Source: a virus (lineage: Duplodnaviria; Heunggongvirae; Uroviricota; Caudoviricetes). From it: DNA of 42,612 nt. The DNA is taken from the IMG/VR virus record IMGVR_UViG_3300034691_000069, one strand, 5' to 3'. The notes beneath the pieces are model-generated. The model ran no database searches. It was not told the DNA's origin and saw only the letters and a program-made list of their open reading frames with translations. Below, piece after piece: positions 25,825 through 35,175 of the stretch. Every line of letters starts with the position of its first letter. Position 1 is the first letter of the stretch. The translations under genes and the position numbers were made by a program.

Positions 25825-26436
25825 ATGAACAGACCCTATAAATTATTGAGCGAAAAGATTGAAATCAATTATCCCTTCATGCAAGTGGGATTTCGTCATT
25901 TTGAATTTGAAAAGTTCAAAGGTGATCGTGGTGAGTTGAATTTTCTGATTGTTAAAAAGGCCGATGCTGTCTGCCTAACGCTGTATGACAAGGATAAAGA
26001 CTCATTTTTGTTAATCCGTCAGTTCAGGCCGGGAGCTGCTGTGAACGAATATAATACCAACCCATATCTGTGGAGTGTGGTAGCTGGTCATATTGACATC
26101 AAGAATGGTATCAGGGAAACACCTCGACAAACTGCAGCCAAAGAAGCAAACGAAGAAGCCGGTGTGATTGTCAACGAAAGCAATCTCATCGATCTAGGCT
26201 CCGGGTATACCAGTGCTGGCTCATCGAGTGAGAAACACCACCACTTCTTGTGTGCGTTCAGTGCCAGTGACATCGACCAGTCAAAAGCCTATGGGATTGA
26301 TGACGAAGATATCGAAGTCGGCGTGTTTACCAGTGAAGAAGCCATGCACATGATTGAAATAGGTCAGATTGCTTGTAATGAGGCTATTCTGGGGATTAGG
26401 AGTACCTTGTTGTTGAAATATACCGGGAAGCTTTGA
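25825..26436 (+). CDS. NUDIX hydrolase, ADP-ribose/ADP-sugar pyrophosphatase (NudF/NudK-like)
   Basis: DAV-x-L-x-x-YD, LIRQFRPG and a Nudix box AG...E-x7-KEANEEAG; GGAGA SD. Confidence 0.85.
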   Translation: MNRPYKLLSEKIEINYPFMQVGFRHFEFEKFKGDRGELNFLIVKKADAVCLTLYDKDKDSFLLIRQFRPGAAVNEYNTNPYLWSVVAGHIDIKNGIRETPRQTAAKEANEEAGVIVNESNLIDLGSGYTSAGSSSEKHHHFLCAFSASDIDQSKAYGIDDEDIEVGVFTSEEAMHMIEIGQIACNEAILGIRSTLLLKYTGKL

Positions 26437-26465
26437 TCGCTTCGGAAATGAATCAATAAAAGCCC

Positions 26466-27143
26466 TCAAAGGGCTTTTTTGTTGTCTGCAAGTTGTGGAT
26501 TAACTGGCTTATTCTTATATTCAAGAACACTAGTGCATGTTGTTTCTGGGCATGAACTATCAAATAAGATTGCTCGATTACTATCTTGTATATTATAAAT
26601 TGAAACATTATCAAACATTGTTGTTAATTCGACAATGGAAGGATTCATATCTTTATTACTTTTTTGCTCTCTCTCAATTAATTTTACTTGTTCTTGTTGA
26701 AAAGTATCATAAGATCTTTCTGAAATCCATTCGTTATAAGGCGTGTTATTAAACTTAAAAATAGAACTGTCGTTTTTTGAGTACAGATAAAAAGAATCAA
26801 ACTTGGAATCTTTATAATAAATTCTTAAATAAGTGTTAGTCGGATATTTTTGTAAATCAATAGGCTTACATATGGAATTAACACAATCTATTTTACTAAA
26901 CAAATCTTTTTGAAAAGGCGTTATTTCATTATACTTTAAAGTAATGACTTCTTTATCTGATTGTAACGAGTTTAAATTATTAGCAAAACTTACAATATCC
27001 ATAAAATCTGGATTAAACCTTTTAGTTGAAGCATTGTAGTAAGTTACTGCAATAATAACAAACATTACAAAGAGAGCAGTTATCATAAGTGGCTCAAGCA
27101 AAGAAACATCACCAGACATTTTTTTTAGTTTTTTTATATTCAT
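26466..27143 (-). CDS. AT-rich single-TM protein, pilin-like family member 1
   Basis: Basic leader, G-DVSLLE, hydrophobic helix; two Cys pairs align with 28594 and 29930. Confidence 0.65.
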   Translation of the reverse strand: MNIKKLKKMSGDVSLLEPLMITALFVMFVIIAVTYYNASTKRFNPDFMDIVSFANNLNSLQSDKEVITLKYNEITPFQKDLFSKIDCVNSICKPIDLQKYPTNTYLRIYYKDSKFDSFYLYSKNDSSIFKFNNTPYNEWISERSYDTFQQEQVKLIEREQKSNKDMNPSIVELTTMFDNVSIYNIQDSNRAILFDSSCPETTCTSVLEYKNKPVNPQLADNKKAL

Positions 27144-27269
27144 CGCTATACCTTATGGTTATTGTTGAAGTTCAAACTTCATTAAAAACTATAACAAATA
27201 ATATAAAAAAAGCAAATAAAAAACCTCCGGGTAGGAGGTTTAGTGAATAAATAAAATAATGAAGTTGTG

Positions 27270-27632
27270 TTAACTAGAAATAAGTGTCTTACAACTTGTA
27301 ACCACATCAACATCTGGAACCATTTTATATTTACCAGTAACTGTTTTAACTTCAACAATTCGATAAGAAATCAAAGCGGTCTTTTTGGTGGGTTCACGTT
27401 CACACCGAAGACGTTGATTAAAAGACTTATCCAGAAGTTCAACTTGAAAGAAAAATCCATTCTCATTAACAGTAATAGGAACTTCTTTTTGAAAAACTTC
27501 TGATTGGATACCTGTTTTATTGTAGCTATATGCAACAGACAAATAGGTAAAAAGCAAAATAACTACGATGGCGATACCGAAAAACCAAAAACAAAAACGT
27601 TTGTTTTCCGCATCCATTTCTTTAATCGTCAT
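27270..27632 (-). CDS. single-TM hypothetical protein (120 aa)
   Basis: GAGGT SD; N-terminal TM segment. Confidence 0.75.
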   Translation of the reverse strand: MTIKEMDAENKRFCFWFFGIAIVVILLFTYLSVAYSYNKTGIQSEVFQKEVPITVNENGFFFQVELLDKSFNQRLRCEREPTKKTALISYRIVEVKTVTGKYKMVPDVDVVTSCKTLISS

Positions 27633-27641
27633 ACCAACCTC

Positions 27642-28010
27642 TTAGATAGTAATTGTGCCAATAACTGGGTATTCTGCAACAGGAGCATTTTCATACTCTT
27701 CGCCACACATCGAAATCAAGAACAGCCCATTTTTATGAGAGCAATCAACAATGAATGGCTGATTTTTGTAAACGATCACCGAACGTGGCAATGGAGAGAA
27801 AGAAAAGAAAATATCTTTCGGGTTGAAATCGGAGTCTTTTGCTGCCAAATCGAGGCGAATAGCATTGATCTTCGCTTCAATGAAGGCAGCTTCTTGGCTC
27901 GATGAAACGGTAGCCTCAACGATTTTTTTCAAATCGCTCGAAATATCATTAACCTTAACACCACAAGCGTTCAACTGGATTTTGACGGTTTCGGCATTCA
28001 AAGTTTTCAT
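27642..28010 (-). CDS. hypothetical protein (122 aa)
   Basis: GAGGA SD; own promoter. Confidence 0.8.
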   Translation of the reverse strand: MKTLNAETVKIQLNACGVKVNDISSDLKKIVEATVSSSQEAAFIEAKINAIRLDLAAKDSDFNPKDIFFSFSPLPRSVIVYKNQPFIVDCSHKNGLFLISMCGEEYENAPVAEYPVIGTITI

Positions 28011-28103
28011 CGGGCTTATCCTCGTTTAGATGACTCATTATACCACTTTGAACAATCAAAAACAACAAAAAAGGGGCCGAAGCCCCTGATTTATTTGAAA
28101 TTA

Positions 28104-28520
28104 CTAAGCTGTTACTGCGTTTTTCCAAGCCCAATCTGCTGGCGTCAATTCACGAAGTCCGTGTTTTGCCCGAGCCTTATCACACCGTTCATTCTTTTCA
28201 CCATCTTCATACGAAGCTGGAAACCCATCACGGCAAGTGGAAGAACGAGTCGCGTAACCACCACAAAACGCATCAACACCGATAGTGCCAGTTAGATTAA
28301 CGCAGTAAGGGGATGTGGAGCTGTCAGTGCCCTTCATGGCGACATGGTGCGGGCTGACTTGAACAACTGTATCATCAGGAACGGTGCCGCCAGCCGATTC
28401 ACATTCCATCCAGTGAAAGGATGCACGAAAATAGGCACAGCAAGCACCACAACCCACGCAAGGATTGTTTTCTTGCCCTTCTGGAACTTTGATTTTGTCG
28501 CTAACGATAATCGCAGTCAT
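28104..28520 (-). CDS. ykgJ: YkgJ-family cysteine-cluster (Zn/Fe-chelating) protein
   Basis: NPCVGCGACCAYFRASFHW, AMKGT, R-x-STCR, C-x-x-AR-x-x-HGL. Confidence 0.85.
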   Translation of the reverse strand: MTAIIVSDKIKVPEGQENNPCVGCGACCAYFRASFHWMECESAGGTVPDDTVVQVSPHHVAMKGTDSSTSPYCVNLTGTIGVDAFCGGYATRSSTCRDGFPASYEDGEKNERCDKARAKHGLRELTPADWAWKNAVTA

Positions 28521-28550
28521 GTTGGATCTCTATTGGTTTTTAGTGAATGT

Positions 28551-28579
28551 ATTATAGCAAAAAAGACTTTTTTCGTCAA
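28551..28579 (-). promoter_or_regulatory. sigma70 promoter TTGACG-17-TATAAT
   Basis: Near-consensus; spacer palindrome AAAAAAG-T-CTTTTTT. Confidence 0.9.
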
Positions 28580-28593
28580 CGTCTTCATGAGTT

Positions 28594-29208
28594 TCATACA
28601 GGATGTTTTTCGTAAAAAAGAACATCAAAACACTGATTTTTAGCCAGCATACACTCTTCTTCCGTAATCATTTTCCCCAAATTGTTTTCATTGTAATATT
28701 CATGCTTCACATGGTTCATCATATCAGCAATAACCAAAGTGTTAGGTCTTCCAATGCGAAAGCTTGCACTTTGTGTAATCGACTCAGGCGGAAATAACCC
28801 TTTTGAATAAGGTTCCATTGAGACATTGTTATTAAAAATAAAACCAATCTTTTTAGAATATATTTTAAGATAATCAACTTTATTATTAATGTAACTGATT
28901 TCAATAAAAGCACCTGAAACCAATTTATCATCAAATGTAAAACAGTAGTCTTTATCTCTTGAACAATTTAAATTTTTAATGACATCCTTTTGAATGTTTA
29001 AGGCTTGCTCATAGTTAATGATATATATGCCATCAGTATTAGTAGATAAGCCTAAATGATAGATGAACGCTAAATAATCTACATTTTCCACAACTGTTTT
29101 TCGCTTATACTCATAGAAAGCACAAAAAGATAATATAATAATCATAACTAAAAGAGATATAACTATTATAAATTTACTTTTGATAACAACGGTTTTATTA
29201 GCAATCAT
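28594..29208 (-). CDS. AT-rich single-TM protein, pilin-like family member 2
   Basis: GGAGG SD; YL-x-FIYHL-x-LS, GAFI-x-I-x-Y and C-x5-C-x-DVL-x-Y shared with 29930. Confidence 0.7.
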   Translation of the reverse strand: MIANKTVVIKSKFIIVISLLVMIIILSFCAFYEYKRKTVVENVDYLAFIYHLGLSTNTDGIYIINYEQALNIQKDVIKNLNCSRDKDYCFTFDDKLVSGAFIEISYINNKVDYLKIYSKKIGFIFNNNVSMEPYSKGLFPPESITQSASFRIGRPNTLVIADMMNHVKHEYYNENNLGKMITEEECMLAKNQCFDVLFYEKHPV

Positions 29209-29344
29209 AAGCCCCTCCAAATATTACGGACGTAATAAAATATAACGAATATCATTGATAAATCAAATACGAAGTGTATTGAATTTAATCAATAAAAAAA
29301 GAGCCATAAAGGCTCTTTAATTGTAAGTGGATTTTTTCAGAACT

Positions 29345-29554
29345 TCACTGTTTAGTCGTCTTACCAAACAGATACTGGTGAGCGGCATTACGGGCATTTT
29401 CTATTTGAGCTGGCGTCAAGCTAGCCAGAAGGCGATTGACTCGTTCAAACGAAGCCCGAGAAGGCATCTTGTGTTCATCCAATGAAGCTGCTTTGTAGGC
29501 AGAATCAGGCAGAGGCTGTGCGAGAAAATCTTTAACGATGGGGTGAATACTCAT
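29345..29554 (-). CDS. hypothetical protein (69 aa)
   Basis: GAGGT SD before MSIH. Confidence 0.75.
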   Translation of the reverse strand: MSIHPIVKDFLAQPLPDSAYKAASLDEHKMPSRASFERVNRLLASLTPAQIENARNAAHQYLFGKTTKQ

Positions 29555-29614
29555 GATAAAAACCTCTTTGAAGTGATATTGAATTATAACAAAAACGAGT
29601 TTTTTTAGCAACTA

Positions 29615-29848
29615 TTAATTACGATAATACTCAGCTTTTTCCTTATCGGAAAAAAGACCATGCCCTTTGGTTGATCGTGGAACAATCAGGTATTGTGCTT
29701 TATTGACCCATGCTCCAAGAGACTGAGTTCGAAATACACCAGAATTGCGTTTTTTGATTTTCAGGTCGATGAAAACTCGTTCCCAAAAATTTGCCTGAAT
29801 ATAGGCAAAACGCATTTTCTTGCAATAACCCATACGAATAATTCGCAT
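29615..29848 (-). CDS. hypothetical basic protein
   Basis: GAGGA SD before MRII. Confidence 0.7.
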   Translation of the reverse strand: MRIIRMGYCKKMRFAYIQANFWERVFIDLKIKKRNSGVFRTQSLGAWVNKAQYLIVPRSTKGHGLFSDKEKAEYYRN

Positions 29849-29929
29849 TAACAATCCTCATAATGGTTTAACATTTTTGATAAACAACTTAAAGATTATA
29901 GCAATAAAAAGCTACATTTTCAATTTTTT

Positions 29930-30520
29930 TTAAAGCTTATAATGTAAAACGTCATAACAATCCAAACCAAATGGAACACATACGTCTTCACTTACTGGAT
30001 TATTTAAATCAGTAGCTAAGTAATATTCATGAGTGACCTTTGTCTTAATACTTAATGCATAAGCATAATCAGGATGCTCATCAAGTGTATTTTTTCCAAG
30101 ATGAAAGTTATCACTATAAAAATAAGAGCTTTTGTTATTCTTGAAGAAAATAGAACTTACATTAGTTGAATAAATTTTAATATCATGTACAACACCATTA
30201 GTGTAATTAATCGAAATAAAAGCCCCAATTGAAAGATCAGTTTTTAGTGGAGCACAATAATTTTTAGTGCAATCTAATGATCTAATAACAGTTTTTTGAA
30301 TTTCTGACACTTCTTTTTCATTGTAAACAATTAATCCCTTCCCACTAGACAAACTTAAATGATAAATAAAACCTAAATAATTAACTTCTTGATCATTTCT
30401 TTTATCTCTGGCAGATCCATAAATTGTCAATGCAACAGAAATAATCAACAACATAATGCCGATTACCATAATTACATCAAGCCCAATGAAACCTGTTTGT
30501 TTAGTCTTATTTAAAATCAT
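29930..30520 (-). CDS. type IV pilin-like protein, family member 3
   Basis: Class III-like signal KQTG/FIGLDVIMVIGIMLLIISVALTIY; C-terminal Cys pair. Confidence 0.7.
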   Translation of the reverse strand: MILNKTKQTGFIGLDVIMVIGIMLLIISVALTIYGSARDKRNDQEVNYLGFIYHLSLSSGKGLIVYNEKEVSEIQKTVIRSLDCTKNYCAPLKTDLSIGAFISINYTNGVVHDIKIYSTNVSSIFFKNNKSSYFYSDNFHLGKNTLDEHPDYAYALSIKTKVTHEYYLATDLNNPVSEDVCVPFGLDCYDVLHYKL

Positions 30521-30662
30521 AAATTACTCACTATTACACTCAGAATAACTATAACTGATAATGTTATTAAATCAAATATAATATGGATTATTTACAATAA
30601 ATATGACAAAAAACAGAAAAAGAGCCATCAAGGCTCTTTTTAGTTAATAAGTTGGAATTTAA

Positions 30663-30950
30663 TTAAACTGAAAAGTTCAACAGCTCACTGAATGGCTTGC
30701 CTGTGGCATCTTCGACCATGTTGGTAATTTGCTTAGACCCTTCACCATAGACAATCACACCACCAGCAGGGAATAAATCATTATTTCCCGGCACAAAGAC
30801 ATCCAACCGCATGATGTTATTGTCTTCATAATCAGTGATGTAGGCTCGACCATGACCATCGGTATCAACAGCCGATTTCGTGGCTTCCACAACGGCTGCA
30901 CGAACTTTCATTATCACGACTGGACGTTTAAGATAAGAAGGCGTAATCAT
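30663..30950 (-). CDS. hypothetical protein (95 aa)
   Basis: GAGG SD before MITP. Confidence 0.75.
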   Translation of the reverse strand: MITPSYLKRPVVIMKVRAAVVEATKSAVDTDGHGRAYITDYEDNNIMRLDVFVPGNNDLFPAGGVIVYGEGSKQITNMVEDATGKPFSELLNFSV

Positions 30951-31033
30951 GGTTATTGCCTCATCGGTTTGTGTGTAGTCATTATACAATAAACATGCTT
31001 TTTGAACAAGCTATTTATTGTAGTTATCTACAT

Positions 31034-31678
31034 TTAACCTAACAATCCTCGAAGTTGTTTCAGTTTTTCTGCAGTTTCTGGTGAAATGTTTAATTTAGGC
31101 ATAAATCGTTTCTGTTCAATCAACAGCTTATGGTAGGTTGTAAAAGCAAATGGGTAGACCCAGTGGTCAGCCTGAGAGCCATCACAGCGATGATTGCAAT
31201 ATTCCTGCTTGGTGGCAATAATCGCTGCCTGCAAGACTTCACGAACTGCTACACGCCAACTGTCTTCAACATTGTCAGGCACTTGGAAGATCAACGAGTA
31301 TTCATTGATTTGACGAACATCAGCAGCAGACATAGCCTTTTCGTCAGGCATCTCAACCTTAACGATGGTATCCAAATGCTTTTCAATAACCAGATATTTA
31401 GCCAGTTCAATCTCACGATAAATTTGCATCGGCGTAAGATGAGCAGCACAAAGAGCCGCCAACTCTACTGGAAAATCCGGTAGGTGACTGGTGTTCAGTT
31501 TAGGATTGGTAACATCTTGGGTCGAAATATGCCGAGAGTAAATAATGCCATCTTGTGCCCAGCACGATTCTGGATCGCTCAACAAGACAAATTTCAACAC
31601 CGAAAAACGACTTTGAAACAAGTCAGGAAATTGGATGATGTGATTTTTGATGTTGATTTCTGCTGGAGTAAGAGCCAT
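31034..31678 (-). CDS. hypothetical protein (214 aa)
   Basis: GAGGT SD before MALT. Confidence 0.8.
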   Translation of the reverse strand: MALTPAEINIKNHIIQFPDLFQSRFSVLKFVLLSDPESCWAQDGIIYSRHISTQDVTNPKLNTSHLPDFPVELAALCAAHLTPMQIYREIELAKYLVIEKHLDTIVKVEMPDEKAMSAADVRQINEYSLIFQVPDNVEDSWRVAVREVLQAAIIATKQEYCNHRCDGSQADHWVYPFAFTTYHKLLIEQKRFMPKLNISPETAEKLKQLRGLLG

Positions 31679-31782
31679 TGTTGAAACCTCTCTAATTGAT
31701 AATAGATTATACCACAATCAAAGTGTTAGGTAAAGAAAAAGCCACCCGAAGGTGGCCTTTATTGTCTACTGAGTGAACCTTA

Positions 31783-32136
31783 TCACAGGTTCATGCAAGA
31801 CAGTTTGTGACGGCCATAAGCCAAGATTTCAGCCAGAACCAGCGGGTCGTTCAGGTCAGCTCCATCGAAGTCGCCCAAGTAGGCTACAACGTGTGGGTTG
31901 CGGGATGCCCACAAGTCACCTTCTTGCTTGATGACGGTAGTGCCTTCCTTTTCACCCCAACCTGCGATGACAGTGCCACGGCAAGCGAAACCAGTATGGC
32001 AAGTGCTGGTAGAACCATCACCAAAGGTGATTTCTTTTGGCTGGTCGGAGGTGATGACACCCCAAACATTCTTGCTGCAGAGAGCCAGAGCAAATTTTTT
32101 GACTGGCAGGTTAGGCAGGTTCTTAGCTTGGGCCAT
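31783..32136 (-). CDS. hypothetical protein (117 aa)
   Basis: AAGGA SD; own promoter and terminator. Confidence 0.8.
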   Translation of the reverse strand: MAQAKNLPNLPVKKFALALCSKNVWGVITSDQPKEITFGDGSTSTCHTGFACRGTVIAGWGEKEGTTVIKQEGDLWASRNPHVVAYLGDFDGADLNDPLVLAEILAYGRHKLSCMNL

Positions 32137-32178
32137 GATGTATTTCCTTTGTGTCGTTGAGTTGATGGAGCTATTCTA

Positions 32179-32547
32179 TCAAAAAACAGTTTTCATTGCA
32201 AGAAAATTAAGAGCATAACACTTAAGTTCTTCTTCAAAAAAGTCCGCTAAGTCACTTTCACGAATATTGAATACATATCCAGTATTGAAATAGAAGTGAC
32301 CACCAGCCAGTGAATACGTTTTCAGCCAACTGGACGCATCAGTAAACAAAATTTGCATGGCAATGTTAACAAAGAAATGATTTCTATTAACAACTACATT
32401 TCGTGCTTGAATAAGTTTTTGTTTAGAAAGTGCTATCTCATCTTTGCTGTAAATATCACCATATTCGGCCACAACATTGTGATTAGAACGGTCAGTCTCA
32501 ATCGGCAATGAACATAGTTTATTTTTTTGACTAACGACAATATTCAT
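32179..32547 (-). CDS. hypothetical protein (122 aa)
   Basis: GGAGA SD. Confidence 0.75.
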   Translation of the reverse strand: MNIVVSQKNKLCSLPIETDRSNHNVVAEYGDIYSKDEIALSKQKLIQARNVVVNRNHFFVNIAMQILFTDASSWLKTYSLAGGHFYFNTGYVFNIRESDLADFFEEELKCYALNFLAMKTVF

Positions 32548-32568
32548 AAGTTGCTCTCCAATAGTTAA

Positions 32569-32754
32569 TTATTTTTTTAAAGGATATACCGTATCCCAAA
32601 GCAAAAATCCTTTTTGAGTAAACGAACAATACATAAAAGAATTACTAGCCATACATTCATTAAATCTGGTTGATTTGATGACAATAGTAAAGACAATGAA
32701 TGCGATAAGAGCAATCACAAATAGAAAGGTGCCAACGGTCTTCAGCTTTTCCAT
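32569..32754 (-). CDS. single-TM peptide (61 aa)
   Basis: GAGGTG SD; hydrophobic N-terminus. Confidence 0.7.
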   Translation of the reverse strand: MEKLKTVGTFLFVIALIAFIVFTIVIKSTRFNECMASNSFMYCSFTQKGFLLWDTVYPLKK

Positions 32755-32872
32755 AAACCACCTCTGAAATAATTATGTGTATTCTATCATAATTAAACAA
32801 AAAATGTAAGATTTATAGTCAAAAAAGGTTGAAAAAAAAAAAATAAATGTAATGATATGAGCACAGAAAGGA

Positions 32873-33574
32873 ATGCAAATGAAAAATTACTTTAAAACAT
32901 TAAAAGAAGGCATATATAGCAATAAAATAATGGTCGCATCATTTTATCTGATGTTGTCTATTATGGCTATTTACACCTTTAATACACCACTAGAAAAAGT
33001 ATTGGCAACTTATATTACATTGGACATCATAGCTATGTTTGTGATGGTAGGCATACTAAGTTACTATAAAACAAACTATTCGAAGTGGAACTATAACAAA
33101 AGAACCATATTGCTGCCAGAAGGGTTTAAATATCTAATAATACTTGGTTTGATATATTCAATGATGTTCTATGCCTCAAACTACGAGACTAATAGTATAG
33201 TTGGGCATGTTTTAAATATAACAGCTATCCTTATTTTTGGATTAGGCTTTGTTTCTAAACTTAACAGTTACAGAAAAATATATAGGCCAATTATTAAGAA
33301 GTCATATATAAACGATAATGAATTTAAAGCATTGTATTTATTCGACAGTTGTACTGATTTATATGTTGAATACAGTTATACATATGGCAATGAATTTGAA
33401 CTCAAATCACTTGAAAAAAATGGTATTAGAGTTGAAAAAAATCATATAGATATGGGTGGCGTTAAATACAGCAAAAACCAATATCTTAACTACCTTAAAG
33501 AAAATGAAATAAAGACATTAGAAGATTTAACAGAAGACGATAAGTTGCTGATTGCCATGATAAACATACAATAA
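32873..33574 (+). CDS. AT-rich multi-pass membrane protein (233 aa)
   Basis: About 4 hydrophobic segments in the N-terminal half; AAGGA SD. Confidence 0.75.
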   Translation: MQMKNYFKTLKEGIYSNKIMVASFYLMLSIMAIYTFNTPLEKVLATYITLDIIAMFVMVGILSYYKTNYSKWNYNKRTILLPEGFKYLIILGLIYSMMFYASNYETNSIVGHVLNITAILIFGLGFVSKLNSYRKIYRPIIKKSYINDNEFKALYLFDSCTDLYVEYSYTYGNEFELKSLEKNGIRVEKNHIDMGGVKYSKNQYLNYLKENEIKTLEDLTEDDKLLIAMINIQ

Positions 33575-33614
33575 AAAAGGAACCTTATGGCTCCTTTCTT
33601 GTTTTAAATACTGC

Positions 33615-33818
33615 TCAGCCCTTAGTGAAAACTTGAAGGATGCCAATAATGAGTGGAAGTGCCAAACAAATACCGGCTGACCAAATAGCAAACTTTAACC
33701 AGAACATGGATTTTTTGTCATAAGTTTCAGCTTTTTTACGGCCATCATCAATGATGTCATTGATGCAATAAGAAGCATTACCATAGGTGCTACATTTTGG
33801 ACAACTACATGCGATCAT
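33615..33818 (-). CDS. small membrane protein with CxCxxC
   Basis: C-terminal TM segment; GAGAGA SD. Confidence 0.65.
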   Translation of the reverse strand: MIACSCPKCSTYGNASYCINDIIDDGRKKAETYDKKSMFWLKFAIWSAGICLALPLIIGILQVFTKG

Positions 33819-33917
33819 TTACATATCTCTCTGATTAAGTACAACAATTATAAACAATATTGAATAGTCATGCAACAAAAAACCGCCGAAGCGGTTCAAT
33901 TATTTTTTGTTACTGTG

Positions 33918-34109
33918 TTACTTTTTACCAACCGCATAAAGATTGAGTTCAGTTGCCCCAGTAATATCATCAACACAGTCATACGAGAGGACGCACTGAT
34001 GTTCAATGAAACGTTCTTTAAGGGACTGCAGGTAAGCAATCGCTTCATCAATAGACATTTGATCCATTGCGTAACCAATCGAAGGTTCTTCTGGCATTAA
34101 CTGGTTCAT
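33918..34109 (-). CDS. hypothetical acidic protein (63 aa)
   Basis: TAAGGA SD overlapping the upstream stop. Confidence 0.7.
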   Translation of the reverse strand: MNQLMPEEPSIGYAMDQMSIDEAIAYLQSLKERFIEHQCVLSYDCVDDITGATELNLYAVGKK

Positions 34110-34120
34110 GGAATAATTCC

Positions 34121-34225
34121 TTATTTCGACTTAACGATAACAGACACATCACCAGAAGGTTTTTCAGTAACCTTCTTGGCGTCATCTTTATTGTCTTTCT
34201 TGCAGACTTTGCATTTATCACACAT
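34121..34225 (-). CDS. 34-aa peptide MCDKCKVCKKDNKDDAKKVTEKPSGDVSVIVKSK
   Basis: Translated by hand; GGAG SD; promoter at about 34258. Confidence 0.65.
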   Translation of the reverse strand: MCDKCKVCKKDNKDDAKKVTEKPSGDVSVIVKSK

Positions 34226-34516
34226 GATGAAAGCTCCAACCTCAATAAAGTAACAAAATTATATCAAGAAAACCTCTAAAATGAAAGCTTTTTATAAAAT
34301 ATATTAAAATTTTATAAAAAATTTTATAGACTTTTATATTTAATTTTTGTGTTTTTAATATTCATTAAATAAACAACTTTATAAAAAACAATATCACACA
34401 ATAATAAGTAATTTTAATATAAAACCTTATATATTAAGTCTTAATTGTACGTTTTTAGATTTGATTTTATTTAAAATATGTTAAATTTATACTAAGACAA
34501 TAATAATAATATTAAT

Positions 34517-35140
34517 ATGAAAAATTCAATACTCATGTTAGCAAGTGCTCTATTAGCCAGCACTGTATTAACAGCAAATGCTTCATATACTGCTATATAT
34601 GGAGAGAAACAAATCAATGGCGATAACATTACGTTTGTAAAAAAAGGTAAATGGATAAAAGCATCTCCAGCAATATCAGACTGGACGAATGTTGGTTCTG
34701 CTACGGGTTGTTCAAACTGGGCACCAGATCCAAGCACAGTAGCTATTGGCACTACGTTTAACCAAACCGCCAATAACTGTACACAAGAACAAACAAGAAC
34801 AACTCAAAACAGAGAGCAAAATGATTATACACTAGCCTTCCGACCTATTGGAAGTCCAATAAATGAAACGCAAACGCTCACTAACCAGACAATGACACGA
34901 TCTGCAAATGGAACAAAGGTAATGGACGAATGTTCGAAAGATCAAAATACACGCTGGGTTAATGGCACACCTTCATTCGGTATTATGTATGTTATGTGGG
35001 ATAATGTAAAAGTATTCCCTGATGTTGGAAATATTTACTTAACAGAATATACTTATAATGGATATAAATATACCAAAGGTGCTCAAACTGCTAACTTAGG
35101 TTATTACACATTCCATAGCGTTTGTAGAGTTCCAATATAA
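34517..35140 (+). CDS. secreted protein (207 aa), tandem paralog
   Basis: Signal peptide; W-x-NVGS-x-TGCS-x-W-x-PDPST...C-x-Q-x-QTR motifs. Confidence 0.8.
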   Translation: MKNSILMLASALLASTVLTANASYTAIYGEKQINGDNITFVKKGKWIKASPAISDWTNVGSATGCSNWAPDPSTVAIGTTFNQTANNCTQEQTRTTQNREQNDYTLAFRPIGSPINETQTLTNQTMTRSANGTKVMDECSKDQNTRWVNGTPSFGIMYVMWDNVKVFPDVGNIYLTEYTYNGYKYTKGAQTANLGYYTFHSVCRVPI

Positions 35141-35175
35141 TACAATGTATAATAAGTTTTAAATTAATAATAATA

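Noticed and set aside
34048-34245. ORF-track calls 34048-34245, 36802-37143, 36079-36309 and 16272-16568
   Set aside because: They overlap better-supported genes, terminators or the tRNA in other frames and lack an SD
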